A DNA stretch of 64,000 nucleotides from a virus (taxonomy: Duplodnaviria > Caudoviricetes). How positions within the stretch are numbered: position 1 is the first letter of the stretch; every line of letters begins with the position of its first letter. The translations under genes and the position numbers were made by a program. Below are positions 8,534 to 18,927 of the stretch, piece by piece. The notes under the pieces were generated by a model, which searched no databases, was not told the DNA's origin, and saw only the letters and a list, made by a program, of their open reading frames with translations. The stretch covers positions 7,586 through 71,585 of IMG/VR virus record IMGVR_UViG_3300044713_000064. The stretch is one strand, 5' to 3'.

Positions 8534-9259
8534 CTATCTCAATGTCGGAAACTCCCGGACGAGCAAGTCGTCCGGGATTGGCTTCTTGCCGGCGGTTTGC
8601 TTAAAAAAGAATGGTATGCCAAGCCGCGCGCACTGGTCGCGCAGATCGCGAGCCCATTGCAGGTCCATGTTGCGGTAGCCGTGGCCGCTCTCACCGCCGC
8701 AGATTATCCACGATGGGCAAGGCCCGGTGACTTTGAGCGGACCGAGCGCGGGCTCATAGCTGATGAAGTGGACGATTGCCGGAACGCGCTGCAAGTGCCT
8801 CATCCGACGGTCGTAGTTCGGTTGATCCTCCGCTGTCGTCCCGACCCAGATATTGCGCGGCAATCCGGAATCCCATTTCGGCAGGATCATGTCGAGGATG
8901 TTCTCTGGCCGCTTGGTCAGCAACAGCCAGTCGAGTTCTGGCGTGTCTTCGATTACACCCCACAGGTCGGATCGCGCGCCTTCTGGCCATTTGTTGTCAA
9001 AGACGTCGGAAAGCGATGCGCAAAAAACTTTCGGCCGTCTCCCGGTGCCGCGAGCGGCCCTTGCCCAGCGGAACGGCTGTTTCCAGTTTGCTTCGGATGT
9101 TCGGACGCGTTCGCCATGAGGTCCCCACTTCACGCGGCCATAGCGGACGTCCATCATTTGCTCTGCATAGCATCTGTCGCAACCCGGCGAGACTTTCTGG
9201 CAGCCAATAACGGGGTTGAACGTAGAATCACACCAAGCAATTTCGGTTGTCTCGCCCAT
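8534..9259 (-). CDS. DUF5131 (phage Gp37/Gp68) family protein, radical-SAM-like
   Basis: IAWCDSTFNPVIGCQKVSPGCDRCYAE, VFCASLSDVFD, WLLLTKRPEN, FISYEPALG, WIICGGESG, FFFKQ. Confidence 0.9.
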   Translation of the reverse strand: MGETTEIAWCDSTFNPVIGCQKVSPGCDRCYAEQMMDVRYGRVKWGPHGERVRTSEANWKQPFRWARAARGTGRRPKVFCASLSDVFDNKWPEGARSDLWGVIEDTPELDWLLLTKRPENILDMILPKWDSGLPRNIWVGTTAEDQPNYDRRMRHLQRVPAIVHFISYEPALGPLKVTGPCPSWIICGGESGHGYRNMDLQWARDLRDQCARLGIPFFFKQTAGKKPIPDDLLVREFPTLR

Positions 9260-9468
9260 CAATATTTCCTCTTCATGATCGCGTTGCGGCTCGTCACCAT
9301 TCGATAGCCGTCTTCGAATTCGACCAAGCAACTATTTAGGGTTCCGCGCGCGAGCACCCAGCACGGCTGGCCCTTGCGACCTTGGCGGTCCCATCGATAA
9401 ATGTAGGGTGGTCTTGGATGCCGGCGGGGCTCGACAGAGCCGGCGAATAGCCCGAGTTGCTCGGTCAT
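9259..9468 (-). CDS. Small phage protein (SH3/KOW-like)
   Basis: RKGQPCWVLARGTLNSCLVEFEDGYRMVTSRNA; stop overlaps the DUF5131 start. Confidence 0.55.
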   Translation of the reverse strand: MTEQLGLFAGSVEPRRHPRPPYIYRWDRQGRKGQPCWVLARGTLNSCLVEFEDGYRMVTSRNAIMKRKY

Positions 9469-9670
9469 ATCGCCTCCAGCCGCTCGCGGATGAAAATTTC
9501 CGTCTGGTCAAACACCACCGCGAACGCGCGATGCGAATGGTGTAGCCGAACGGTCTTCTCCGTTCTGACAAACGTGCATCCATTGTGCTGGATCACGAAG
9601 CAGATCTCGGGAACCTGGACCTTGCCGACCCGGCGGTCGCGCTCGTCGATCAGGACTGCGGTTCGTGTCG

Positions 9671-9997
9671 TCATGGTCTCCACTTTCCTTCGATGTTGAT
9701 CTCTCCGCCGCGTGCGGCCGACCACGCAAGGAAATCGACCTGCTGTCCGGTGAACGGGACTGGCATCGTCCAATCTGTGCAATCGGATACCTGTAAGACC
9801 TGTCGATAATAGAGATCACGCATCAGTCGGCAGGCCCTGGAGCCGTCTGGATGTGTGATCCATTCTCCGGCGCGGGCGATCGGAATATGCTGATCGGACA
9901 CATCGACCGGAATCGGTCTTGGAGAAAAATAAGCGTATCCCGATATGATCACGATGGCTGACAACAAAAGAACTGAAAATTCGACGGGGGTCTTCAT
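9671..9997 (-). CDS. Membrane-anchored hypothetical protein
   Basis: N-terminal TM; ATGA coupling. Confidence 0.5.
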   Translation of the reverse strand: MKTPVEFSVLLLSAIVIISGYAYFSPRPIPVDVSDQHIPIARAGEWITHPDGSRACRLMRDLYYRQVLQVSDCTDWTMPVPFTGQQVDFLAWSAARGGEINIEGKWRP

Positions 9998-10422
9998 GAC
10001 CTTTTCCTTTTCGGGAATGGACGGCTCGGTATCTTCGCCTTGTGCTTCGGGGAGCGCTCTAGCCGGACGGCTTTCCTGAACTCTTTGCGTTCGGCCCTCA
10101 TGTCGGCTTGCGCGGCGTATTCCTCGAAATACTTCATTGCAAGCTTGAACGGGTCAATTCCGTGACGTGACCACCACACAAGCTCGTCGCCGAAATCGTG
10201 TTGTGCCATGTGATGCGCATGCTTGAGCGGAAGCGCCCAACAATCCGAAGGTTTTTCGGACATGCCTGTGGGGCGCTTGCCATGCAGCACAGAGCCCGCG
10301 CGCAGATGCGCCGCGTCGGACGGCGCCGGCGATCCGCATCCACAAGCGCACGGCTGTTTGCGAAGCCACGCCAGATAGCCGGGACAGATGATGCGTGGCT
10401 GCTTTTGGCGCAACTCAGTCAT
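9994..10422 (-). CDS. DUF968-like Zn-binding putative nuclease
   Basis: YLAWLRKQPCACGCG...DAAHLR...GMSEKPSDCWALPL.H.HH.AQH. Confidence 0.7.
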   Translation of the reverse strand: MTELRQKQPRIICPGYLAWLRKQPCACGCGSPAPSDAAHLRAGSVLHGKRPTGMSEKPSDCWALPLKHAHHMAQHDFGDELVWWSRHGIDPFKLAMKYFEEYAAQADMRAERKEFRKAVRLERSPKHKAKIPSRPFPKRKRS

Positions 10423-10721
10423 TGCTTCGCCCTCTTCCATTTCCAGTTTGAAATCTAGTCTTCATACCAATCGAATGGCGGTTCCTGCCCGCAATTGTCG
10501 CAATACGTTCCATCGCGATGACGGTTAAAATCGTGATCGGGGCAGTGATCCGGGCAATAGGTGCGCCGAAACAGGTAGGCCCAGAGGCCGCGCGGATCGT
10601 AACTGATGACGCCTGCGCTTGATCCGCATACTCGGCATCGCGACATCAACCGATTCGTGATTTGAAGGCGCGGCATCATTTCTTCCTTCCGCTGGACCTG
10701 ATTTTCTTCGCCCCTTGCGTC

Positions 10722-11300
10722 TTAGCAATCTGGGCTCTGAGGTCCGAGGTCGAGGGCTTCTTGCCTTTCGATGCGTGCTTCTGTTCCTTCAGCGCTTTGA
10801 GGGCGAGTTCCTTCGGGCCGGGTTGATATGTCATCGTACAGTCTCCTGGAAAAGCAGTTTTGGCGCGGGCCATACATCACGCCGTTAGTGCTATGAACCT
10901 TTCCATCGCACCACCTTAAAATGGTATCTGCGGAAACGCCAAGGGCTGAGGCCGCTGCATGCGCACTAGGATATTCGACGCTCTCTATCGTCCAAATCTT
11001 GGACTGTCTTGTATTACGACTTTGCTCTAATCGCGAAGCCCATAGACAATTGCTTGGCTCATAGTTACCGGTCGTTTCTAGGCGCTCCACGGTCGCACCG
11101 GGATAGGGCTGAGGTCCCATATCGTTATAAAAGTTTTCGAACCAGGCCCAATGATCACACACAGATATCCCGCGCCCACCCCACAAATGGAAATTTGTAT
11201 AATTTGGATTGTAGCAACGCGACCACATGTTGCCCCAAGCCCTATAGACAGCGGTCTTGGAAAAACCGTGAGTTGTTTTAAATCTACCGTCTCCCTTCAT
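10722..11300 (-). mobile_element. HNH-type homing endonuclease-like protein with C-terminal HTH
   Basis: THGFSKTAVYRAWGNMWSRCYNPN...WGGRGISVCDHW..FENFYNDMG...TVERLETTGNYEPSNCLWASRLEQSRN; AT-rich. Confidence 0.75.
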
Positions 11301-11462
11301 GATGGAGTCTCCCTCGCGTACCGGCCGATCAAGCCAGGAACGCGGTTCTAGGGTCGCTGTTAAGCGACACCGGACGCGAGGAAGTTCGTGAAGGGTGCCG
11401 CGTTCAAAGTTCGAGTTGATCGCCTCGAATGGGAGATTCATACTGATTCTCTTGTTTTAAGT

Positions 11463-11792
11463 CTACTCCGAACTTTTCTCCCCGAACGATTCCAACGCCT
11501 GCCTGATCGTATGCCAATTGGCGACCATGACATTCGCGACCGCGATCATCTTTCCTTCGTCGTACCAGCCATGCGAGGTCTTGCCTGCCTTCATCCGAAA
11601 CAGGACCTTCTCAAGTTCGGCGAGTGCGGCGCTATTCGGGAGCTTCGACCGCGCGCGCAGATCAGCCGCGATCGCCGTTAGCGCGTGAAACATCGTAGCA
11701 TTGTAAGACGGCGCACCATCCTTGCGTTGCTCTTCGATGATCATCTCAATCGCTGCGATCTGCTGCGCCAATGTCGATACGTTCAGGCTCAT
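11463..11792 (-). CDS. Hypothetical protein
   Basis: 109-aa ORF with coupled start (TLAQQIAAIE...). Confidence 0.55.
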   Translation of the reverse strand: MSLNVSTLAQQIAAIEMIIEEQRKDGAPSYNATMFHALTAIAADLRARSKLPNSAALAELEKVLFRMKAGKTSHGWYDEGKMIAVANVMVANWHTIRQALESFGEKSSE

Positions 11793-12042
11793 TTCCTAGC
11801 CTCATAGATCGGAATCGTGAAATTCTTTGACGAAGAATATGGGCAATTGGCATGATCATGGGCGGATGCCCCACATTTCGGAAACAAAGCTCCGAATCGG
11901 CATGCCGCAGATGCGAATTCGCTGCAGCAATTCCCGGACTCACTGCGTTCAATCTTTTTGGCTATAATTGCTATGTTTGGGCTCATCACAAATACTCCAA
12001 TTTCTTTTTCATATCGTAGATTCGGCGTCAAAATAGAAACCG

Positions 12043-12591
12043 TCAGGCCGATTGTCCCGCGTTCTTCTTCAACTCTGCCGGCGTCGTCCGCGCCATCGAG
12101 GCGGCTCGAGCAAGGACCGCCGCTTTACTTTCCTCAAAGCGGGCCTTGAGCATTCTGTTCGGCCCATACATTGCCTGAGACTCCGGCGTGTAGACGATCA
12201 CCACCGGCCCATTTATCTTCACGATCGTGGCCTTGTCTTGCGTTTTGAGCACCTCGCGCAATACGCGCGCGTCGGCGGCGGTGTTGAGCTCGTATCGTGT
12301 CTGAGTGCAAAACCCTTCCATGCAAAGGCACCATGCGCGCAGATGCTCTTCCGAATCGAACTCCTGCGCGTATTCCTCGGTGAGGTTGAGGTAGCATTCA
12401 TGGAGTTGGGCGAAGTACGCATTGTGAGAGGCCAGTGACCGATTCTCGACCACCATCAGTGGGACTTCTTCATTTATCTCAAACTGCGCAGCGCAAAGCC
12501 GATCGAACCGCGGGAGCGGGATCATGTGCTGACCATCCCAAACGCAGATGATTGGTTGGAGCTTCGCGCTGCGTGGCTTGCCGGTCGGCAT
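12043..12591 (-). CDS. NinB/DUF1367-like recombination-region protein
   Basis: ENRSLASHNAYFAQLHECYLNL.EEYA.EFDSEEHLR; next to YqaJ/ERF. Confidence 0.5.
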   Translation of the reverse strand: MPTGKPRSAKLQPIICVWDGQHMIPLPRFDRLCAAQFEINEEVPLMVVENRSLASHNAYFAQLHECYLNLTEEYAQEFDSEEHLRAWCLCMEGFCTQTRYELNTAADARVLREVLKTQDKATIVKINGPVVIVYTPESQAMYGPNRMLKARFEESKAAVLARAASMARTTPAELKKNAGQSA

Positions 12592-12806
12592 CAGGTCCGT
12601 TCCCGCTCTTTCAGCATGGCCTCTGCGACGTCATAGGCCCACTTCGCGGCGCCGGCGGGCTTGTCGAACTGGCGAGATGATCCGGCCATAGCCATTCCGG
12701 CGAACCAATCTCGCAGGTCCATTCCTGGCTCGACATCATCCGTATGGCGCGTCGGGAATGCAGTATCCCGATGGACGTACTCGCCACCGACTTGTCTGGT
12801 CGTCAT
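12591..12806 (-). CDS. Small conserved phage protein
   Basis: AFP...GMDLRDWFAGMAM...AYDVAEAMLKER, a motif common in phage early regions. Confidence 0.7.
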   Translation of the reverse strand: MTTRQVGGEYVHRDTAFPTRHTDDVEPGMDLRDWFAGMAMAGSSRQFDKPAGAAKWAYDVAEAMLKERERT

Positions 12807-13315
12807 TTTCTCGGCCCTCTCTTTTTTCCGGCATCCTTCCTCTTTTTATAAGGACGTCGATTCTTTAATTGCTCAATTCGAGTAGCCCACACGCAGTTTT
12901 CTTTATAATACCCCAGATAATTTTTGACTCGTTCTATGGTCAAATCTGGCGATGGCTTGCGTCCCATGTCGGCTAGAAAGTTCTCGAATATGTGCCATCT
13001 ATCGCAAACGGAGATTCCCCGTCCTCCATAATTCTCAAATGCTGGATTAGATGGATTCTCACAACGACGGAGCATCGAATCCCAACATTTATATTCTGCC
13101 GATCGCTTCCCTTTGATCGCATGTCCATGCCTTATCTTCGCACATCCGCATGAGGTAGAATCTCCATTTGTCAAACCACCCCGTCTAACGACAGATTGAT
13201 TCCCGCAGTCGCAGACGCAATTCCACCGGGCGATTCCGCCTTCTCGGTTTTGGTTTCGAGACATCACTGTCAATCGACCAAATTTCTGCCCTGTTAGATT
13301 CCTGACCGCAGTCAT
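12803..13315 (-). mobile_element. HNH-type homing endonuclease-like protein
   Basis: LTGQKFGRLTV, WNCVCDCG, TSCGC, YGGRGISVCDRW..FENFLADMG, NCVWATRIEQ..N; AT-rich; ATGA-coupled to YqaJ. Confidence 0.8.
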
Positions 13316-14001
13316 CCGGCTTGTCCCATTTTTTTTATAGATTCGGTTAGACGCAATAATTCATAATTGAACCGCTCCACCTCGTTAGAGAGGTTCTTGA
13401 TAAATGCGTCATCTCGATAGACGCGGACGTCCACCGCTGGCATTGCATGATGGTGATAGATTGTCAGATCCCACCAACTGCGATCGCAAACCCAGATATT
13501 CCCCTGAATCTGACAGCGATGTTCTGCCGGCATCGACGCCGGGCGCTGCAACATCGGGATCAGAATATGAGCCTCGGTCGCGATCTTGATCTCCAGGCCG
13601 CCATCGAATCCAATTAACCCGTCTGGCGACGCTCCACATTGCTTCAATCCGGAGAAGTTCTTGACGAATCCGACTTGGCGAACCAGGGCTTTCTTGCGCC
13701 GGGCGTAGGAATCGCGCGCTTCGGCCTCAAGCGCATTGCCTTTGTCCATCGCGCCGTTGCGGAATCCTTCCGATCCGGGTTCGCCGGTTATCAATTCTGC
13801 GGCGAGACGATGAAGCAATTTCGTTCTCGTCACCGATGGTCCGCCGTCGCGACCATTCGCCATGATCGTTGAAAAATTAGATGCCGTGGGGATGCCGAGA
13901 CGGAGCATTCTCCACTCATCGGTTCCCTGCTGGCAATCATAGATCACCAACTGGCTCTTCGGGACGGCGTGAACATCGGCCGCTGATTTTTTATTCGCCA
14001 T
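13312..14001 (-). CDS. YqaJ / lambda-exonuclease family protein
   Basis: QQGTDEWRMLRLGIPTASNF, GNALEAEAR, GASPDGLI, LEIK, QIQGNIWV. Confidence 0.9.
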   Translation of the reverse strand: MANKKSAADVHAVPKSQLVIYDCQQGTDEWRMLRLGIPTASNFSTIMANGRDGGPSVTRTKLLHRLAAELITGEPGSEGFRNGAMDKGNALEAEARDSYARRKKALVRQVGFVKNFSGLKQCGASPDGLIGFDGGLEIKIATEAHILIPMLQRPASMPAEHRCQIQGNIWVCDRSWWDLTIYHHHAMPAVDVRVYRDDAFIKNLSNEVERFNYELLRLTESIKKMGQAG

Positions 14002-14153
14002 GGGATGGCTCCCAAAAACCATGCTGGAGCAGATCGAGTTCTTCGTCCGTCGCGTTCAATGCAAAAAATGCAAGAGCCTGGCGATACTCATTCGTCGAAA
14101 GCTCAACAAATGAATGCATCAGTTCTTCAACTGTTTTTGGAACCAACGACAGA

Positions 14154-15080
14154 TCAGCCATGACGTTCCTTAGCCTGCTTGTTCGAGTAGAAGTCCTCGC
14201 AGGCCTTCACCGCGGCATCGAACAGATTCGCCGGGAGGTCTGCGGTTTTCTCGATGCCGTAGTGTTCGTGGAATTTGGCGAGGGTGACGCCGCACCAATG
14301 GATCTTTTCCAGCAGCGTTTCCTTTTGCGCGGCTGTGATCGTTGGGACCTCGTCGGGGACCTCGGCCAGGCCGCCGCCCTTGGCGTTCTTAAAGTTGCCG
14401 ACGCGGCCATCCGTGTCGCGATCCTCCGGCGCCTCGCTGATGATATTCAGCAATGCGATTGTACAATATCTTTTCCCGTAAGAGAGCGACGATCCCCAAC
14501 CCTGGACATTGTTCTTCGATCCGGACGTCTCCGCAGGCAACGGAAATGCGGTCGTTCGTTCATGGCCATGGCCTTCGAGCAGACCTTTGACCAAGATGCG
14601 CTCGGTGGCGGGTTCAGTTGAGAACGACAGTGCAAAGCCATGCTTGATCAGAAGTGGCTTGATCGCCTTCATGATATTGTTAAAGGTCGCGTAGGGCGTC
14701 GCCTGCTGAACCGCACCGGTTCGCTCGCCCTTAGCGTCCTTCGCCCGAATTTCAATCTTGCCATCTCGGCGGATCGGCGGCAGATCGGCCTGCAGCGCGA
14801 TGAATGCGGCGTTAAAGTCGCGCCGTGACTGCTCTGCCATGATCTCCTTCTGCATATCGAGGAGCTCGCGCATGATTGATGGATTGATGGCCGGGTTCGC
14901 CGCAGCATCGGCGATGATCGCGAGGACGCTCTTCGGCTCCGTCGGGCGCGTCCCTCCGGTCGGCCGCACCGCAGGCATCGGGACGACCGATTGTTCCTTT
15001 GGGAGAACCGGACCACCCTCACGTCCGGCCGTGACGCGGACCCTGGTCTTCGGCGTCACGTCTTTCATCTCGGCGGCCAT
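14154..15080 (-). CDS. ERF-family single-strand annealing protein
   Basis: FNAAFIALQADLP, YATFNNIMKAIKPLLIKHGFALSF, VQGWGSSLSYGKRY, EDRDTDG. Confidence 0.85.
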   Translation of the reverse strand: MAAEMKDVTPKTRVRVTAGREGGPVLPKEQSVVPMPAVRPTGGTRPTEPKSVLAIIADAAANPAINPSIMRELLDMQKEIMAEQSRRDFNAAFIALQADLPPIRRDGKIEIRAKDAKGERTGAVQQATPYATFNNIMKAIKPLLIKHGFALSFSTEPATERILVKGLLEGHGHERTTAFPLPAETSGSKNNVQGWGSSLSYGKRYCTIALLNIISEAPEDRDTDGRVGNFKNAKGGGLAEVPDEVPTITAAQKETLLEKIHWCGVTLAKFHEHYGIEKTADLPANLFDAAVKACEDFYSNKQAKERHG

Positions 15081-15205
15081 TTCTTTTCCCTTCATAGGCA
15101 CCGATGGACCGCAGTTCATCGTGCAATACCAGCCATCGCGGAATTCAGAACAATCACCGCATCTCGGGCGCTCCATCGCCGGCCCGAATGCCATCGGGGA
15201 GACCA

Positions 15206-15541
15206 TCAGAAGGGGATATCGTCGCAGTAGCCAGCGGTGGATTCGAGTGCATCCCGCAGACGTTGCGTTCGCTTGTTAACGGTATAGGGATTGCCGTCGG
15301 CCGTTATCAGCGCCATATCGCTCGCCGCCTGCCAGAGTTCGGCGAGCTTCGGCATCGCGTCCTTGGCCTCCTGTTCCAGCCGATGCACCTTCCCCTGCAG
15401 GCTCACGGTTTCCCGCTCAGCCTGTTGCGCCCGCATTTCGGCATCGGATTGCCGCTCGGTCGCCTGGCGCGCGTTGTGATGCGCGTCCATGGCTGCCTCC
15501 AGCACCTTGTCGAAGGCGTCGTGTCCGGTTAGATCATCCAT
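15206..15541 (-). CDS. Coiled-coil protein with an SSB-like acidic C-terminal tip
   Basis: Ends in DDIPF; SD GGAG. Confidence 0.55.
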   Translation of the reverse strand: MDDLTGHDAFDKVLEAAMDAHHNARQATERQSDAEMRAQQAERETVSLQGKVHRLEQEAKDAMPKLAELWQAASDMALITADGNPYTVNKRTQRLRDALESTAGYCDDIPF

Positions 15542-15593
15542 CTTGATTCTCCGTTTTCAAGTTTGAGGTGATAATTTACACCGTTGCGGCGGC

Positions 15594-15935
15594 TCAGTCC
15601 ACAGAAACCATCGGATATCCGCTATTCGGCGACCGGGCGAAAACAGCGGAAATGGTTTGAGGGTGTGAGACGATCGATCCGGTGACCCCATCGGCCGCGA
15701 TCTTGACCGGTTCCTGCCAGGGTTTCCCGGTCTGATCAATGAACGGCGCCAGCGCCTGGGCATCCTTCGACGGGATGTAGCCGACGTGCTGTCCGTCGAT
15801 CCAGACCATCACGGCGTTGGGGTCGTATTGGTTCATCGGCTCCCGAACCAGGGTGACCGGGACGCCCGGCAACGTGCCGGCTAGATACGGGTCAAGCCCG
15901 CGGTGCTTCTGGCCTACGATCGAATATTGCTTCAT
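15594..15935 (-). CDS. HIRAN-domain protein
   Basis: IVGQKHR...VTLVREPMNQYDPNAVMVWIDGQHVGYIP. Confidence 0.85.
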   Translation of the reverse strand: MKQYSIVGQKHRGLDPYLAGTLPGVPVTLVREPMNQYDPNAVMVWIDGQHVGYIPSKDAQALAPFIDQTGKPWQEPVKIAADGVTGSIVSHPQTISAVFARSPNSGYPMVSVD

Positions 15936-16284
15936 GACTCCTCTTACCCCTTCGTTCGTGCTTCGATTCGGTTCAAAGCATAGCCGTAAAGCCAACTTGA
16001 ACCATCGACGTAGAGACGCCGAGATTTGAATGGCCGCCCCTCGCACACTTGGTCGGGATCGTCGCATGGGATATCAACTTGGAACCGATCACCATTTGGC
16101 TTCACGAACGAGAACCCAAACCATCCTCCGGCCACATCGTCTGCGGCCGATTGGCGAAACACAGTTGCGCGATCAATTTCGAGGTCATCGCAAATCCGAT
16201 CGCAGATGATCATGGCGTTCGCTTCGGTGGCGCCAGATTTTGCTTCAGTACCTGGGTTGATGATGATTATCATGTCTTTTCTCC

Positions 16285-16626
16285 TCAAAGGTCGACATCG
16301 TCGAAGATTGACCGCGCGCCGCGGTCGTCCAGCATTGTCCCATCGGCGGCGTATTTCGGTGCGCCGTTGGGGTGTTTCTCGGCGGCCTCATCCGCGTACA
16401 TGGCGCGGACTTCTTCGCCATAGTCGGGCGGATCGTCCACGGCGCCATGGGTGTTCCGAGCGAATGCGCCGCAGGTCTGGCGCTCGGTCGTATAGCGGCC
16501 CTTCATGACGCCGGTTCCGAGGCACATTGCGACGACTTCATCGGCCTGAACCATCGCGACCATCTCGGACCAATAGCGGCAGCCGCTGCAGTTCCTATCG
16601 CCGATCCATCCGGTGCGCGCCATCAT
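16285..16626 (-). CDS. Cys-rich hypothetical protein
   Basis: CSGCRYW...C...C zinc-binding pattern. Confidence 0.55.
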   Translation of the reverse strand: MMARTGWIGDRNCSGCRYWSEMVAMVQADEVVAMCLGTGVMKGRYTTERQTCGAFARNTHGAVDDPPDYGEEVRAMYADEAAEKHPNGAPKYAADGTMLDDRGARSIFDDVDL

Positions 16627-16774
16627 TTCACCTTTCCGCCAGCGCCGATGATCGCATCGACGGCTATTTTTCTGATCTTGAAATACTCATCGCTGCCGAG
16701 TGGTGCCCCTTGCGCGAAGATGATCAGATTGATCTCGTTAAGAGCATCGATCAGTTTTTTCTCGGCGGGCGTCA

Positions 16775-17704
16775 TCAATACACCTTGGAGCGAGGCTTCT
16801 TGCCGAATCGCGCGCCGGCGATCTGAACCGAAGCATCGTTGCTGTACCCAACGCTTTCAGCATATTTGTTGAGGGCGGTTTCCAGCGCAGCCATCGGGAG
16901 GTAGGGGCGGAGCTTCTCAAGGTCGAGCACCTTGCGATCGGTGATCTCCCGGAATTTCTCCGACGCCATTCCCGAAAGGATTCCGTCATCACTACGGTTC
17001 CGCATGATATCCGTCGCCGTCGCCAAGGTATCAACATACGTGTCCTCAGCCCTCCCGGCCGATACCGTCGCCTCGACGCGGGCCTCTGACAGTGCTTCTG
17101 AGGCGGCCTGAGCGGCCTGGGCGGCTTCCTCTGCCTCCTGCGCCCGAGCGGCTCGGGTCGCGTCCGTCCTGGCGCGCTCGGCCTTCAGACGGGCTTCCTC
17201 GGCCGCTGCGGCGGCAGCGGCGGCCTCCCGCCGGGCCTTGTCCTCGGCCTCCTGCTTCGCCCGAGCGATCTTGGCGGCCTCCTCGGCCTCGCGGCGGCGT
17301 CGCTCTTTCTCGGCCTCGAGCACGGCGGTATCGTATTCGGTCAGAATCCGGTTAAGGCGATCGCCCTCGCCTTCCTTGGCCTTCTTGTCCTTGCGGCCCA
17401 GTTTGTCGAGGAGCATCCCGAACCAACCGTTCGCGCCGCGCTGACGCTCCAGATGTGGGGCAACTTCGGACTCCCGCACGCCATTGATGCGCTTGTAGGC
17501 GTCGCGCATGTCCTTGATCAGACCGGTGACGACATCACGATTGTCCTTGGTGACGACTTCAATCGGCTCCGATTTCGCGGTGAGCTCCTCGACAGTCTCT
17601 TCGAGGTAGGCATAATCGATCTTGAGGCGATCAACCTCGTTCTTGGCGAAGTCAACAACTTGGACGTTGTCGCCGATCCCGGCGCGTGGATTTAGATCAG
17701 ACAT
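16775..17704 (-). CDS. Long coiled-coil early protein
   Basis: IGDN N-terminus, Ala/Glu-rich helix, C-terminal EITDRKVLDLEKLRPYL...IAGARF. Confidence 0.65.
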   Translation of the reverse strand: MSDLNPRAGIGDNVQVVDFAKNEVDRLKIDYAYLEETVEELTAKSEPIEVVTKDNRDVVTGLIKDMRDAYKRINGVRESEVAPHLERQRGANGWFGMLLDKLGRKDKKAKEGEGDRLNRILTEYDTAVLEAEKERRRREAEEAAKIARAKQEAEDKARREAAAAAAAAEEARLKAERARTDATRAARAQEAEEAAQAAQAASEALSEARVEATVSAGRAEDTYVDTLATATDIMRNRSDDGILSGMASEKFREITDRKVLDLEKLRPYLPMAALETALNKYAESVGYSNDASVQIAGARFGKKPRSKVY

Positions 17705-18840
17705 TGGAGTTCCTTTCGACAGCGATGACTTCGTAGGTTCCGGAGCCACATGGTGTTCCGGTCAATTGGGCGACGACGATGCATTCAAGGCGGCCCGGTT
17801 TCGATTTTCCGCCGAGCCATTTGGGGGCGAATTTCTGCCACCGCGATCGGCGGTCGGGCAATCCTGGCCCAGAGATCGAATCTCCGACATTGATGGTGCC
17901 GTGAAACCCCGAGACAGTAAGAATTGGCATCGAAACTACCCTCAGATCGGCATGTCGTCGTCGCCGATCGAAGCGGCATCGACTGAGGGCGGAGCGGCGG
18001 TCGGCATCGCGTACTTCTCCGGAACCGCAGCCTCGATTCCCATCGGGCCATCGGTGCCGAGATCGGCGGCGGGCGGCGGCGCGGGCTCGACGTACGGTTC
18101 AAGCTCGTTCGCCTCGATGGTCCACCGCTGATTCTCGGTGTCGCGGACCCAAACTTCGTGGCCGTCGACCGCGAGTACTTCGGCGGGGCCTTCGAACAGG
18201 GAGGGATAGGAAATGGTATCGCCGATCCGCCAATTACGAAGATGCAGCGCGTGGATGCTACTCAGACCGAGGACTGCGGTCTTGTGCTCGGCGCCGACAA
18301 GTCGGATGTGCACATCGCTTTCGCCATCAATCGTATGAGACTTTGACTCGGATCAGCAGTTCGTCGTCCTGATGTGGAAGGTAGCCTTCAGGAAGCGGCA
18401 TCGGAGTTGTCCTTTGGTTGGTGGTGCGTGGAGTTATTTCCAAACGTATTCTTGAATCCCATTGTAGAAGATCTGACCGGGGACCTTCTGCAACTGAACT
18501 TTGGCTTTGAAGCCACAGTATGGGCAGAAGTTAACCTGAGAGGCGTACTCATCATTGCTGACCCAGAGAGAGCCATCTTCGTTCTCGCCGCAGGAAGAGA
18601 CGGCTTGTCCGTATCCATCCTTGGGAAGTTCGCCTTCGCAATCGTGAAGTTCGGTCACAATCTGGCTCCTCAGATCAGGCCGACGTACATCGCGCCGCAA
18701 ACGGCGAGGGCCGTGACGGTGGCGCCGAGCGCCAAAAAGTAAAGGGCCGCGCGGAAGCAAAACTTCTGCACGGCCTCTAAATTATTCAAAATATTGCTGT
18801 CCATCTCAATCGCCCCTTTCCCGGGTTACGTTGCCCGATC

Positions 18841-18869
18841 AATCTAGGGATAATTCTCCCTTGTGTCCA
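18841..18869 (-). promoter_or_regulatory. Leftward sigma70-like promoter with a palindromic operator in the spacer
   Basis: Minus strand TGGACA-N17-TAGATT. Operator AGGG-ATAATTCT-CCCT at 18846-18861. Confidence 0.55.
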
Positions 18870-18891
18870 CAACAATTTTGAAATTTCCGGG

Positions 18892-18920
18892 TTGTCGATT
18901 TGTTCCACGGGTGCTAGACG
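18892..18920 (+). promoter_or_regulatory. Rightward promoter, probably giving a leaderless cro mRNA
   Basis: TTGTCG-N17-TAGACG ending 7 nt before ATG 18928; no SD. Confidence 0.45.
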
Positions 18921-18927
18921 GTCGGCT

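Noticed and set aside
11301-11441. N-terminal 47 codons of the 10722-11441 ORF
   Set aside because: The segment is better explained as a structured leader; the HNH-family sequence and an SD begin at ATG 11300.
17100-17320. Tandem DNA repeat in the Ala/Glu-rich coding stretch
   Set aside because: Low complexity comes from the coiled-coil amino-acid composition; there is no discrete repeat unit.
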